DNA of 38,846 bases from a virus (lineage: Duplodnaviria > Caudoviricetes): the IMG/VR virus record IMGVR_UViG_3300016667_000248, positions 1 to 38,846 of that record; one strand, 5' to 3'. The translations under genes and the position numbers were made by a program. Of this stretch, positions 30,001 to 36,509 are shown piece after piece; within the stretch, counting starts at the first letter, position 1; every line of letters begins with the position of its first letter. The notes below the pieces were generated by a model that searched no databases, was not told the origin of the DNA, and saw only the letters and a list, made by a program, of their open reading frames with translations.

Positions 30001-30782
30001 AGAACATGATCCGCGATCAGTCGGGCGCGATGCGGTCGATTCACGCCAACGCATACATCCTGATGCTGTTCATGCAGCGCACGGTCGATGTCCCGACTTG
30101 GATCGGGGCATACGAAAAGGCACGAGCGGAAGCTCACGACGAAGCGACTGCCGTGGCCCTGGCCGACCAGGCGGTGATTGATTCCCAGGGCAGCGGAATG
30201 CTGAAGGACTTGGCAAAGGTGCAGCGTGGAGGCGAGTTCGTCAAGACCTTCACGATGTTCTACGGGTACTTCAACACCACCTTCAACCTGGCGGTGGCGC
30301 AGACCATGACGGCCCGTAGCAAGGGCAAGATGCTTTCCGATTGGTTCATGCTGTTTGTCGTGCCGGCCATGATGTCGGAAGCCCTGCGCCGAATGCTTGT
30401 CCCCCGCCGGGACGATGAGGATGACGATGACCCGACCATGCTTGCACGGGAACTAGCCGCATCGCAGCTGTCGTACCTGATGGGAACGATGGTCGGGGTG
30501 CGTGAATTCAGCGATGTCGTGCCGAAGCGTCTGTTTGGCGTTCCGGCCCGTGGGTATTCCGGCCCGGCTTCCCTGCGCGGCGTGACCATCGTGGCGGATG
30601 TCGTGGGCGAGGTCGTGGACTTTGAGGCGGATCGGCAATTCCGCAAGGCGATCATTACGGCAATCGGTATCAGAACTGGCATCCCGGCGGTGCAGATCAA
30701 CCGCACCATTGACGGCCTTGATGCAATCATCAGCGGCGACACCAACAACCCCGCCGCCGTGCTGTTTGGAACGCGGAAGTAG
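18000..30782 (+). CDS. Giant polyvalent internal virion (DNA ejection) protein, 4260 aa
   Basis: Single ORF in the third ejection-gene position; LPD22-like N-terminus, two ART-like domains, HsdS-like fragment, two EExQSDW domains, HExxH zincin, helical C-terminus with GGYYP and F.MFYGYFN. Confidence 0.9.
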   Translation: MVDPDIEQQMAKFAPSSNPSIDTGSDIDPDAAAIAKAVLPQGASEARRVGPPDIDPDAAAIANAKQNALRSTMYGVAGQNPDQAAEAQRIGREFGVSGEFVLRNMEDMRRMQAIRSVERRELMQQDPILARFLTNQDFAALAHDDLDNLSATERIYKNAVDFVNPKSWDTIKGRFQRGMDLVEMGRANDVMGLRAQWSPTARSSAEIAEEMKILPTDGGIIGSTAEVLGQMVGGIPEVVETTMAGTTLGGGVGLVGGPLAPATVPAGMALGATAGLATGMARVAAMSEAGNALQEMRTHAYGEIERLMGEGYSREQATQMVGYDDATAQNFAMGVGILNGLIETASFEVMGPVARRLVGNVIREKVSEAVIRPTMRGAVMQFAKDYRNAVLTEGGEEFLQQWVGIIGDEMQRKYGSNLPSRFDDEGSVKAAIVESFEAALEGVKGAMLIGGVGPTGNLYFDMKRARQSVRQQAFFNRLTDVAKNSKVRQRDTPAYEKFIEGQVEGKDIDTVYIDAQQLNGVLRQAEVNGVATAAELDQLLPGVRQQLAEALETNGDVTVPMSVWQARVSGTKVGDALLPHVRLAPDAWSVNERLQWEKKRAALMQEAEELLDEQEKKDTKARSAAAQIEDSIKEQLVQSGAMDDKAAATNAKFYRSLVIVMADKAGMTPEQFHEQYGMRVFGVRDQQASETANQGGQFDQVSLDIIAQLNDDELRQLIDYAYEVNAIQSDIDALETELDRREVEDDDPSGGEEKEGGEEEREWTGIGLEELMRQAAQQGRRDNLTPEQLGASIRNDGDFAVMSQSEALASVTDAELGQEAYDALALHEQRINHMRKRLVAPSRLTPNILEQVASIDRAYMAAVKNGDLALAQRMVLDAAKAAGFNALAHHGTDARPFTVFGENDSYNWGQAFYFSPNLAYAQEYAENDRTGQGFPRVMNVALNLGRVFSPESNPQHLKLYRQWAKEQERTGKGHGAFFVNGPIKEPYGDTKARNVIDYEDQWWIVERIWEAGFDSFTTSESDGQTIAWGVKHPNQVKLIDPITKDENGKVIPLSKRFDLTKPSMLFQMAAQLDAEHAAAVASGNMELAQRLVDAAAERAGFTRVGFHGTRAEFTPDFAFDPNRIGSANDAGFYGRGFYFVNSSGEAAYYGRNVGQFYLRMSNPLDVTNRSGDLTYEGHFLSWAQILEPLGLLKPEYQQALDSRRKLDAWVEENARVIPWSAMGRNNQEVEGFIAKIADPRPWNKGYEITGRFAIADAPSTPEQAKANLKAVLFDELSGYAINGELIAPDYPNLALGNTTLSDYIRTEGMAQELSNAAKKAGYDSILAGDEMVVFEPEQIKAAAPDARDEQGNLIPLSKRFNIKSKRVFEQAAKPSNTLGDFIEMKIGMKDADFYIVRRGTKEAVGTPTKEYNPEHIGVRVTRTDLLLPDYLFYMMQYVHGRGYFAQRATGTTKLVNIKTSDIAQIAIGNQQFQQSVIPANFYSTLARHIGGMNVDLTAQSWKERLQGLINKGAIKESEVEWSGIREWLDLHTPQLPGNRISNLEIMDFLAREGIQVTRNERVSNVEELVREAAINAANDAENDLKLHGKLTPEAEELLSSYRVLQEAKADRQELAEVKSEIDALLYKAFRGIASRANGPFTDFDTYIEERYEGGSEGKATKWENWKTGGGTNYREILLTLDEQRDLPSVSELRDRAVAAYHKASEEERNLVDAHIRKIIDSEGVSFAYGVSKNFVSTEDFKEGTWPAWITEWRNETQRVVKIRREKPYFQGKHWSESNVIVHIRTTDRVTADGKRILFIEEIQSDWAQRAADEGFVGQKAEDLDKIKQLEEQYRNAPSQQLADRITRLNKRLSTGQYNISPGPFVETTDAWLSLAIKQIIMEAVNGRYDGVMIINGKQANDLYSQEEQVESIEVMPHEPGEDGSYGRHLTIKLKAQKEPLTLQITSRGRISSASQNRAMFVGEPLSAVVGKEMAERIMDVKNPALDAEGVARRSEILRGYSPQILEALNRQQKVWSMSDEELGFVEQPFNEWLQQGGWWRAADYGEYDQERYFRGTTGDMQTGQELRSRHAEQQRNLRHHLRNRIVDEANQTVAALRDESNRLADAAYQLPQMSPVTFTGKDIKIGGKGLAAFYDQLVPIAVGKMIKKYGGGEVEVMSLAAQNGKQISKRDAREVAKQYIDGSIDEAEVLDELGIESEMTEDQVSDILGGPHGDSASRNAVINEFVSTIAARTSGQRKSKNNGFVITEAMRDKVMPGLPLFQLPKFNLYSALAQQVAAMPDKPMSAETWNQQIKSWLNKGLIKRDELEWTGLEDYLAMQEGKIAKATVMSFLNNEGVQVQRVRLGEFLAGDARQRQRAAEFFGMFRDKYGTVTIDGQEMFDDDIGFALQDGSLAVDQLPVDLQEPARLWLAAADNAKNERELDRSGPARFNRPDLVLPGGLNYREVLLTLPPETPGIVMSENQALPDEPEFYELSFANMKLQTPGGNLRGYVAQNDDGSWRATFQGSTTYRDSKQSATLWVKNEMARIAPRLVKQTGFEGTHWEGIPNVVVHLRLTDRVDENGKTVLFVEEVQSDWGQKGRKKGFVDNQQYFTTARRLEVLQVSKSALWPQVRVLLESVDNMGFDTAAEAMRFIYDIRVDPATGIPSAVSEDGSSWELAPLTMDQVKPIQDYVVLENEARKLRAYVKSFEGSIPAAPFVENTDGWLNLGLKQVLLEAVRGQYDRVAFITGEQSAARYSLEYRVKRIVVTPRTSAVSQETMKNVALELANGRMLELTVNSNGVVDKVGSEIGEAGQAFVGEQLDDVIGKEMASKVMQAERGTFEGDDLKVGGEGMKAFYNSIVPAAMNKLLKKLGKDKLGTMEMRSTRSLEQFDIEEYAGAWRLVDRANNQPVAEAPVFSSGADAEAWVKQNAQPTTHMAVDLTPELVAKIASQGGFPLFQAALPESARGGFDPRRMALLLGEKADLSTFLHESAHWYLTVLSQLAADPTATDQVKNDMNTLLAWFGVPDLATWNRMTLDEQRKYHEQFAYNFEIYISQGVAPSVALEGMFERFAAWLKNVYASIRDELNAIYRREYGQDLPIMTGEVRQVMDRMLASERQIREAEAIREMKPMFLTQEESGMDDATWKAYQDMVEEATQAAITDMTKASVRQMQWLSGARAKILRDLQARHRKLRKAMREEVTEQVRRSPLYRAMAFIRTGKSINADGTAIKALGLHRLDMDAVRAMYPEGTPGMPDITALGTGGRGMMGVNGLPPDTLAELFGYSSGDELVRALIAAKPMREEINRIVDDRMLKEHGELSDPEQMEVVVQKALHNEARARFVAVELRFVTKATEPARIMVGAAKQAAKEILGRKRLRDIKAGQFEAAESKAARDAQTAYGRRQTPDQIGKAAFTRAYNEAKDNGADDATATATATAKAAQAIARATERQKEYQERYGNRNPQEVIVRAKRAQLINNQLAGQAAAATEEIAKKVRYLRRVLNAENVKKIGAEHADQIAQLLEKFDLAQRSLKAIDTRTRFAEWLESKRAEGIEPEIPLSLAGVEKTNYKNLTLNDFRDLVMAVQQLEFMGKNHRKVLLAAQQKQFEEQRDEIVQSIKDNAKGRKSKARSARNDQERRRQGLKGFAASHLNVATIVRILDGGKDNGPLWRYLIRTANERADMETTMRAKATETLAAIFKPILAKDKMGGKGMFFDSVNDSFNLESRMVIALNMGNAGNMQRLLDGEGWTMEQIRPILESLTKEQWEAVQKVWDFLESYRPLIAEKERRIYGKEPEWVEPQPITVVTKDGATLTLRGGYYPIKYDPRASRRSESLELAEAAKRDMAAAFSSATTRRTFTKNRSEKVVNRPLMYTLDAMYNGVSDVIHDLSWHEWLIDANRLERSDLFYDAINTTYGNEFVSQIRAWIKDVAAGEQSAQHSLEVALAFGRRNIGLMQMGMNLMSGALQVTGYAQSVVRVGAKWMGRGMSKTFASPKAANELVNSKSTFMANRGRTQFREIAEIKNMIRDQSGAMRSIHANAYILMLFMQRTVDVPTWIGAYEKARAEAHDEATAVALADQAVIDSQGSGMLKDLAKVQRGGEFVKTFTMFYGYFNTTFNLAVAQTMTARSKGKMLSDWFMLFVVPAMMSEALRRMLVPRRDDEDDDDPTMLARELAASQLSYLMGTMVGVREFSDVVPKRLFGVPARGYSGPASLRGVTIVADVVGEVVDFEADRQFRKAIITAIGIRTGIPAVQINRTIDGLDAIISGDTNNPAAVLFGTRK
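20553..21200 (+). other. ADP-ribosyltransferase-like domain 1 (ART-PolyVal-like) within the giant protein
   Basis: HHGT...F.VF...WGQAFYFS....YAQEYA...VMNVAL.L...GFDS...PNQVK. Confidence 0.7.
21201..22109 (+). other. ADP-ribosyltransferase-like domain 2 (ART-PolyVal-like) within the giant protein
   Basis: FHGT...FAFD......D.GFYGRGFYF.....A.YYG....FYLRM.NPL...GYDSI...DEMVVFEPEQIK. Confidence 0.8.
26820..27300 (+). other. Zincin-like metallopeptidase domain within the giant protein
   Basis: ADLSTFLHESAHWYL (HExxH at 26910-26924) with downstream HEQFA..FE.Y as candidate third ligand. Confidence 0.7.
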
Positions 30783-30785
30783 CCC

Positions 30786-30813
30786 TTGCCACAGCGCAAT
30801 AATCCAATACGCT
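30786..30813 (+). promoter_or_regulatory. Putative promoter TTGCCA-N16-TACGCT upstream of the tail fibre
   Basis: Same -35, N16 spacing and CGCAAT spacer element as the promoter at 9019. Confidence 0.5.
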
Positions 30814-30833
30814 AAACACAGAGGAACGCATAC

Positions 30834-32843
30834 ATGAGCATCGGAACTACTGTCCGCATCGCCGGCCCGTACATCGGGGATGGTTCACGCCAGGTGTTCC
30901 CGGTGTCGTTCAAGCTGTTCACCAAGCAGGATGTGTATGCGGTCAAGACCGTGATTGCCACGGGCGTGAACACGGTGCTTGTGCTTGATACCGACTACAC
31001 GGTCACGCTCAACGGCGATCAGAACTACACGCCAGGCGGAACGATCACGCTAGTTACGCCTCTCCTGACTACGGAGAAGCTGACGATCACTACGGCGGTC
31101 GCCAACCTTCAGCCAATTGACCTGAACAACCAGGGCGGCTTTTACCCGGATGTGATCAACACCGGGTTTGACCGGGCAACCATTCAGATTCAGCAGCTCA
31201 ACGACACGATCACGCGGACGCTGCGAGTTCCCGTGAGCGATGGTGTGACTGCCAATCAGGAACTGCCCACCAAGGAACTCCGGGCCAACAAGTATTTCTA
31301 CTTTGACAGCAACGGCGATCCAACGATGTCAGCCGGCACGACCGGGATGTCAAGTTCAGCGGTAAATCTGACGCTGACGGCAAACAACGCCGGGGCCAAT
31401 ACTGGACGCGATGTAATCATCGTTGACAACACGACTGAATTCGCTCGATTCCAAGGATCGACGCAGAGGCTTGGCATTCGCCAGGCATCGCCGGCAGCAA
31501 CGCTTGATGTCACCAAGGACACCGCGACAACCGCATTCACCGGACTGCCAAGCGGTACGGGACTGTTTATGTTGCGGGACGCATCGACCAACGGGCGGTA
31601 CACCAACATTGATTTGGCAACTTCTGCTGGCGTGGTGCTTGGCCGTATTGGTGCGGTACAGAATGCCGGCGGTTCGACGCTTGCATTCGGCACAAGCAAC
31701 AATTACGGAACCGGAATCACCAACAACGCTTTGTCGATTGATCCGGCTGGAATCGTAACTGCGGCCACGCGCTTTGCGGTTGGCACTAGCACTCCCATCA
31801 CCGTTTGGAAGGGGCTTGCCGGCGAAGCCAACTCTATTGGCATTGGCAACAACACTTTGTCGGCCACGACATCGGGGACTTACAACACGATCCTTGGCGC
31901 AGGAGCGGGCAACAACATCACGACTGGCGGCACAAATGTTGTGGTTGGCAGTTCGTCTGCAACCACTCTTACTACTGGATCAAACCTCACGGTCGTTGGT
32001 CATGGTGCGAATGTGCATCAGGCATCCTCCGCAAACGCAGTAGCTGTTGGTCGCGGAGCAATTGCAAACACACAATGCGTTGCAATTGGGTATTTGACCG
32101 GGTCAGGCGCAACCGGCGCGTCAACAGGCAACAATGTGTTTGTTGGTAATGGTGTCGCGTCTGGGGTAGCTCTGACAGGTTTGTACAACAGCGTCTTGGT
32201 TGGGCATGACGCTGGCAATTCTGCCAACGGAAACCAAATTGTTGGCGTTGGCTTGAATGCGTTGTACAGCTGTACGGGGTCGCAAAATGTCGCTGTTGGT
32301 ACGGCAGCGGGAGGGCAAAACACTACTGGTGCTAACAACACCTTTGTTGGACATTCTGCGGGTGGAGCAGTCGGAACCGGGATCACAACGGGAAGCAACA
32401 ACACGCTGATCGGCAACGGTGCTACTCCATCAACGCAAGTAATCAGCAACACCATTACTCTTGGAAACTCGAGCATTGCCACGCTGCGATGCCAGGTCAC
32501 CACAATTACCGCGTTGTCTGACCGGCGCGACAAGAAGGACATTGAGGATCTTCCGTCCGTCATGCCGCTTGTCGATGCGTTGCGGCCTCGGTCGTTCGTG
32601 TGGAACATGCGCGATGGCGGCAAGGTGGATCTGCCGGAATTTGGTTTCATTGCCCAAGAGCTGCTCGAGGCGCAGCAGCAAAGCGGCATTGCGGTTCCTA
32701 GCCTTGTCAGCGATGTCAACCCGGATCGGTTGGAGGCTGCGCCAGGAACGCTGATCCCCGTGCTGCTTCAGGCAATCAAGGAACTCAAAGCCACGGTGGA
32801 ATCCCAGGCTGCGCGTATTGCTGCGCTTGAGGCTGCGCCGTGA
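30834..32843 (+). CDS. Tail fibre/spike with N-terminal adaptor and C-terminal intramolecular chaperone (peptidase S74-like)
   Basis: N-terminal Y.GDG....F...FK.F...D...DYTV, L.NQGGFYP.VI...FDR.TI..QQL; N(T/V).(V/L)G..AG repeats; SDRRDKKDI...GFIAQEL then a coiled coil. Confidence 0.88.
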   Translation: MSIGTTVRIAGPYIGDGSRQVFPVSFKLFTKQDVYAVKTVIATGVNTVLVLDTDYTVTLNGDQNYTPGGTITLVTPLLTTEKLTITTAVANLQPIDLNNQGGFYPDVINTGFDRATIQIQQLNDTITRTLRVPVSDGVTANQELPTKELRANKYFYFDSNGDPTMSAGTTGMSSSAVNLTLTANNAGANTGRDVIIVDNTTEFARFQGSTQRLGIRQASPAATLDVTKDTATTAFTGLPSGTGLFMLRDASTNGRYTNIDLATSAGVVLGRIGAVQNAGGSTLAFGTSNNYGTGITNNALSIDPAGIVTAATRFAVGTSTPITVWKGLAGEANSIGIGNNTLSATTSGTYNTILGAGAGNNITTGGTNVVVGSSSATTLTTGSNLTVVGHGANVHQASSANAVAVGRGAIANTQCVAIGYLTGSGATGASTGNNVFVGNGVASGVALTGLYNSVLVGHDAGNSANGNQIVGVGLNALYSCTGSQNVAVGTAAGGQNTTGANNTFVGHSAGGAVGTGITTGSNNTLIGNGATPSTQVISNTITLGNSSIATLRCQVTTITALSDRRDKKDIEDLPSVMPLVDALRPRSFVWNMRDGGKVDLPEFGFIAQELLEAQQQSGIAVPSLVSDVNPDRLEAAPGTLIPVLLQAIKELKATVESQAARIAALEAAP

Positions 32844-33307
32844 GATTCCTGCACGACCGTTCCGGTGAAGTGACGCGGCAGATTGTCCGCACCCACACGC
32901 GACCCGTTTGCTATTCCGTTGCCAACACGCAGAAGCCCAATCCCTCTGTTGTTTACACAACCGTGGGGCCGGCTCCACTTGGATTGCCGACTGTGACTCC
33001 GTGGCTGCAATGGAACGGATTCAGCGATTACATGGCCGCATCTGTAAGTTTCGCTCTGCCGTTTGGAACCTATGAGTTCTATGTGGAAATAGACAACAAC
33101 GGCGTGATCACACAGTACATGATCGAAGATACGCCGTTCTACTTTGATGTGTATCCGGGCGCATTGGTGCGATTTGCGCTTTACAACTACGATTTGAATT
33201 CAATCACCGTTTCAAATATTGAACTTGAAACAACACGCATTGCTAGCTCTGTTCCGGGAGAGAAGTTGATTTCTCCCGTGTTCAGCATGACAGCGAGTCC
33301 CCTGTAA
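32840..33307 (+). CDS. Hypothetical protein, 155 aa
   Basis: GTGA overlap with the tail fibre stop; lower GC. Confidence 0.6.
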   Translation: MRFLHDRSGEVTRQIVRTHTRPVCYSVANTQKPNPSVVYTTVGPAPLGLPTVTPWLQWNGFSDYMAASVSFALPFGTYEFYVEIDNNGVITQYMIEDTPFYFDVYPGALVRFALYNYDLNSITVSNIELETTRIASSVPGEKLISPVFSMTASPL

Positions 33308-33315
33308 GGAACGAT

Positions 33316-33627
33316 ATGGCAATCAATCAATCCGCAACTTGTGCAGCGCAAAACACCTGGACTACTCCGATGGGAATCATCGGGTGGTTCAACATTTCCG
33401 TGCAGTTGACGAGCGGCGGTGTTGGATCGCTTGGTGGGACTGTCGTGACTTTGCAGCGCAGCTTCAACAACGGAACGCTGTGGCGGGATGTCAAGCAGTA
33501 CACGCTGCCGTCAGAGGAATACGGGTTTGAACCGGAAGGTGCGCTGTATCGAATTGGTGTCAAGACGGCGCAGTACCAAGCGTCTGTCGATGTGCGGCTT
33601 GGGCAAGAAGGCGGCATGACAAAGTAA
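33316..33627 (+). CDS. Hypothetical beta-rich protein, 103 aa (possibly virion-associated)
   Basis: AAGGA RBS; TVVTLQRSF..G..W.DV...Y...E....YRIGVK. Confidence 0.7.
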   Translation: MAINQSATCAAQNTWTTPMGIIGWFNISVQLTSGGVGSLGGTVVTLQRSFNNGTLWRDVKQYTLPSEEYGFEPEGALYRIGVKTAQYQASVDVRLGQEGGMTK

Positions 33628-33642
33628 CAAACAGGATCAGAC

Positions 33643-33852
33643 ATGACCGTCGAGCCAGGATCAAACATTGTCAAGCTTTCTCCCGGCGATTGGGCCAAGA
33701 TCGCCGGTGTCGCCATCACCCTTGCCGGCGGATTGCTCGGGGTGTATCTGCACCACGACCGTCTGCTGACCATGCTTGTCGTGGAGCAGGGGCATACCAA
33801 CCAACGCCTGGAACGCATTGAGAAGAAACTGGATCAATCTCCTTCTCGCTAG
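33643..33852 (+). CDS. Small single-TM + coiled-coil protein (holin-like)
   Basis: Hydrophobic IAGVAITLAGGLLGVYL followed by RLERIEKKLD. Confidence 0.6.
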   Translation: MTVEPGSNIVKLSPGDWAKIAGVAITLAGGLLGVYLHHDRLLTMLVVEQGHTNQRLERIEKKLDQSPSR

Positions 33853-34351
33853 CGTTGTCCTGGCGGGATGCAGCCCATCGGCGGAAATCGCCAGGCGGTC
33901 GAACGCCATCGCTGATCGTGCGCGGATGGACTACCGCGAGTGGGAGCGGGTCGGCGCAAGCTGCCCGGCCCTGGCTGCGGAATCCAAGGCCGGCATGAAA
34001 CGCGCCGAAGCCGACCTGGCCGACACCAACCAGGTGCATCGCAGCTTGACCGGGGTAGAGGACGAAACGCCGTGGTGGGCTGGCATGATTGGGTGGGTGG
34101 CCGTGGCGGTCGTGGCCGTGTGCGTGGTGGTGGTGCTTTGGCAAACCGGGTTGGGGACCGCCGTGCGCGTGGCCCTGGGGTGGATACCCCGGAAGGTCAG
34201 CCGGGACGCAGAGCTTGCAGCCGCGATGTTGAGCGACGAACAGCAAGAGAACCCAAGGGAATATGTCGCAGCTCGTCGCGCTGCCGATCCCTTGTTTGAT
34301 GCCTCGTTCCGAAAAGCCAAGACCTCACAGCAGAAGCCCCCGGCGGCGTAG
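33818..34351 (+). CDS. Lipoprotein with an internal/C-proximal TM helix (spanin-like)
   Basis: Probable TTG start; RRNWINLLLASVVLAGC lipobox; TM WWAGMIGWVAVAVVAVCVVVVLW. Confidence 0.65.
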   Translation: MRRNWINLLLASVVLAGCSPSAEIARRSNAIADRARMDYREWERVGASCPALAAESKAGMKRAEADLADTNQVHRSLTGVEDETPWWAGMIGWVAVAVVAVCVVVVLWQTGLGTAVRVALGWIPRKVSRDAELAAAMLSDEQQENPREYVAARRAADPLFDASFRKAKTSQQKPPAA

Positions 34352-34384
34352 CCTAGGCGGATGCTGCTTCATTGGAGATTTGCC

Positions 34385-34513
34385 ATGCTGACGCTTGCTT
34401 CCTTTTCCGATTTCCTCGGCAACCTGTGGTTTGCCGGGCTTGCCCTGTGCCTTGGCTACCTCGCCGGGAATGTCGCCCCGGTGTCGTGGGTTCTGACCAA
34501 GTTCAAGCGGTGA
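34385..34513 (+). CDS. Small membrane protein, 42 aa (MLTLASFSDFLGNLWFAGLALCLGYLAGNVAPVSWVLTKFKR); missing from the ORF track
   Basis: GGAG RBS, ATG 34385, TGA 34511-34513; hydrophobic core and basic C-terminus. Confidence 0.65.
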   Translation: MLTLASFSDFLGNLWFAGLALCLGYLAGNVAPVSWVLTKFKR

Positions 34514-34723
34514 CACGGCAGGGCGGCAGGAATGCCCCACGCTGCGCCCGGACGGGCCGGATGCCCTTGTGGGCCGTCCTTGCACATCGACGGCTCTCCG
34601 GGCTAATAGCGGCCCTTGCAAAAACACCGCCGCCCCGGCGACCGTCGTAGGCGCGGGGGCGGGGTGCGGCGCGTCATGCGCCTAGGCCCAACGGGCAAGA
34701 TGTGGGATGCCCATCTGTTGGGG

Positions 34724-34960
34724 TTAGTCCATCTCCACCGGGTGTCCTGCCATGAAGCCGGGGGTAGCACCGACCATCCGGTCGGTCGCCCACTTCACGA
34801 ACTCGGCAAGTTCCTGCCCGGTCGGGATGCCGTTGGTCATGGCTGCTCCCCGAAACGCGGAGGTGGGTTCCAACGGCGCGTCTGACCCAAGGGCATCGGC
34901 GCAATCCATCATGTCGATGGCAAGGTTGTAGGCGCGTTCGTAGCGTTCGTGCTTGGTCAT
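34724..34960 (-). CDS. Hypothetical protein (MTKHERYERAY...), 78 aa
   Basis: GAGGA RBS just after the stop of the upstream gene. Confidence 0.65.
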   Translation of the reverse strand: MTKHERYERAYNLAIDMMDCADALGSDAPLEPTSAFRGAAMTNGIPTGQELAEFVKWATDRMVGATPGFMAGHPVEMD

Positions 34961-34970
34961 CGGTGAATCC

Positions 34971-35546
34971 TCACTTGGTCGGGAGCGGGTAGAAGGCGAC
35001 AACCTTGGACAGCGGCTTGCCGGGTTCGGGAGAAATCTCAATACCGGAGGTAGCGAAGTTGTGCAGCGAGGTGTCGTTGTTGCCGAAGTATCCGGGCTTG
35101 CGGCCAAGCATCGTGCCGTCCGCAAGGCAGATCATGTTGAACCCCTTGGCGTGGCACTTCTTGGCGAACGCCTTGCGCTGCTTCTCAATGTCGCGGCGGT
35201 TGAGTTCGGCGTTGACTGCCTCGTCCACTACGCAGCAGAAGTTCCACCCTTCATAGGTCGGAACGGGCGAGGCGGCAAGCGCGGCCTTCACGGCGTTCTC
35301 CAACATCTCGCCGCACAGGTTCACATACAGGATTTCGGTTTCGCCGCCGTGACCGTGGTTGGAAGCGTGAGCAACCAACTTGCCGTTCCAATACACATGA
35401 GCGGTAAAGCACTCGGTTTCCTCGGACAGCGAGGGAAGGTGCTTGAACTTCTTGAAGGTGATCTCGCTGATCATCTTCTCGCAAGCCGCCAAAGCTGCGT
35501 CCCACTTGGCCTCAAAGGTGTCGGTCGATTCGTCGGTCATGGTCAT
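34971..35546 (-). CDS. Uncharacterised early protein, 191 aa (SEET.CF.A.VY.NGK......N.GHGG.T)
   Basis: AGGAG RBS; own promoter upstream. Confidence 0.75.
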   Translation of the reverse strand: MTMTDESTDTFEAKWDAALAACEKMISEITFKKFKHLPSLSEETECFTAHVYWNGKLVAHASNHGHGGETEILYVNLCGEMLENAVKAALAASPVPTYEGWNFCCVVDEAVNAELNRRDIEKQRKAFAKKCHAKGFNMICLADGTMLGRKPGYFGNNDTSLHNFATSGIEISPEPGKPLSKVVAFYPLPTK

Positions 35547-35602
35547 TGTCAGTCTCCTGATCCGCCGTCCGGGCGGTGCGGGTGTCCGTCTTGGACACGG
35601 GT

Positions 35603-35631
35603 ATAGTGACCTACCTCGGCGTAGGTGTCAA
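35603..35631 (-). promoter_or_regulatory. sigma70 promoter TTGACA-N17-CACTAT with a palindromic operator (ACCTAC-N6-GTAGGT) in the spacer
   Basis: Consensus -35; palindrome at 35609-35626; related element at 37555-37572. Confidence 0.6.
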
Positions 35632-35677
35632 CACCTCAACAGGAAATTTGGCAAGAATTTGTGCGACCACCACCTAA

Positions 35678-35722
35678 CCCCCTGTGCCGCCGGGCGTTTG
35701 CACCCGCACGGCACAGGGGGGG
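35678..35722 (-). terminator. Stem-loop downstream of gp157 (CCCCCTGTGCCG...CGGCACAGGGGG)
   Basis: 12-bp inverted repeat just after the stop at 35729. Confidence 0.45.
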
Positions 35723-35728
35723 AGTAGG

Positions 35729-36238
35729 TCACTTCAGTTCAAGCCGCTGCCCACGCTCACCCAAGGCAGCACCTGGAACCTCGGTTCCGGCCTCAAGCGC
35801 GGCCCGAATTGCGTCCTTGTCGATCACCTCGGTGACTTTGGGGACGCGGTAATCAACGGGCAGCGCAGCCTCATCCGTGATCAGGACGGGGATTTTACCC
35901 CCGTTCTTCTTCACGGTCAGGCGGAACCTAGCCGTTTCCACCTTGGTGCGCTGAAGGGAAATCATGGTTTCCATCAGCACATCGCGCAGCCGGTCGGCAA
36001 GCAACTCATCATCTTGGGCAAGCAGCTTGAGCCGTTCGGCTTCTTCCTTCCTGGCTGCGGCGCGGGTAAGGCATACACGGATCAGGGCAGCGTAGTCATC
36101 CGCCTTGGAATCAAAACTTTCCTGAAGTGCCTGGAGATGTTCCGCGATTGCGGCAGCTGCTTCCGGGCTGTCGTGGCCGTGGTCATCCATGACTTCCAAC
36201 AGAGACAGCATCTCTGACTTGATTGCGTACAGGCTCAT
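35729..36238 (-). CDS. Siphovirus Gp157 family protein
   Basis: MSLY.I...., K.D.YA.LI.......A.KEE..RL, K..T..F.L.V.KN, IDK.AI..AL.AG..VPGA.L.....L..K. Confidence 0.85.
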   Translation of the reverse strand: MSLYAIKSEMLSLLEVMDDHGHDSPEAAAAIAEHLQALQESFDSKADDYAALIRVCLTRAAARKEEAERLKLLAQDDELLADRLRDVLMETMISLQRTKVETARFRLTVKKNGGKIPVLITDEAALPVDYRVPKVTEVIDKDAIRAALEAGTEVPGAALGERGQRLELK

Positions 36239-36245
36239 GGGTTCC

Positions 36246-36509
36246 TCAAGGGTTGGTGCGGATCAGGACGGAATCAAGCCACGCGATGTTGGGGGGAAGG
36301 TCGCACCGGGCAACCTCAAACCCCTCGGGGTTGGTCTGCCTGACCTCAACCTTGGTGCGCTTGTTGCTTGCGGTGATCGTCGTGCCGTTTTCATGCACGG
36401 CCACCAATCCGGCGGGGACAAGGTTCACGGTGAACCCCAACCCCCGCAGATACGGGGTGACGGTCAGAAGGTGCTTCATTCCCGGCGGGTTGCCTACACG
36501 GTCAGTCAT
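36246..36509 (-). CDS. Hypothetical protein (MTDRVGNPPGMK...), 87 aa
   Basis: AAGGAGG RBS; start overlaps the bet stop. Confidence 0.6.
   Translation of the reverse strand: MTDRVGNPPGMKHLLTVTPYLRGLGFTVNLVPAGLVAVHENGTTITASNKRTKVEVRQTNPEGFEVARCDLPPNIAWLDSVLIRTNP

Noticed and set aside
30834-34513. Diversity-generating retroelement, expected from BPP-1-like structural genes
   Set aside because: No reverse transcriptase (no YxDD ORF), no Avd and no TR/VR near-duplicate seen; the fibre ends in an S74-like chaperone.
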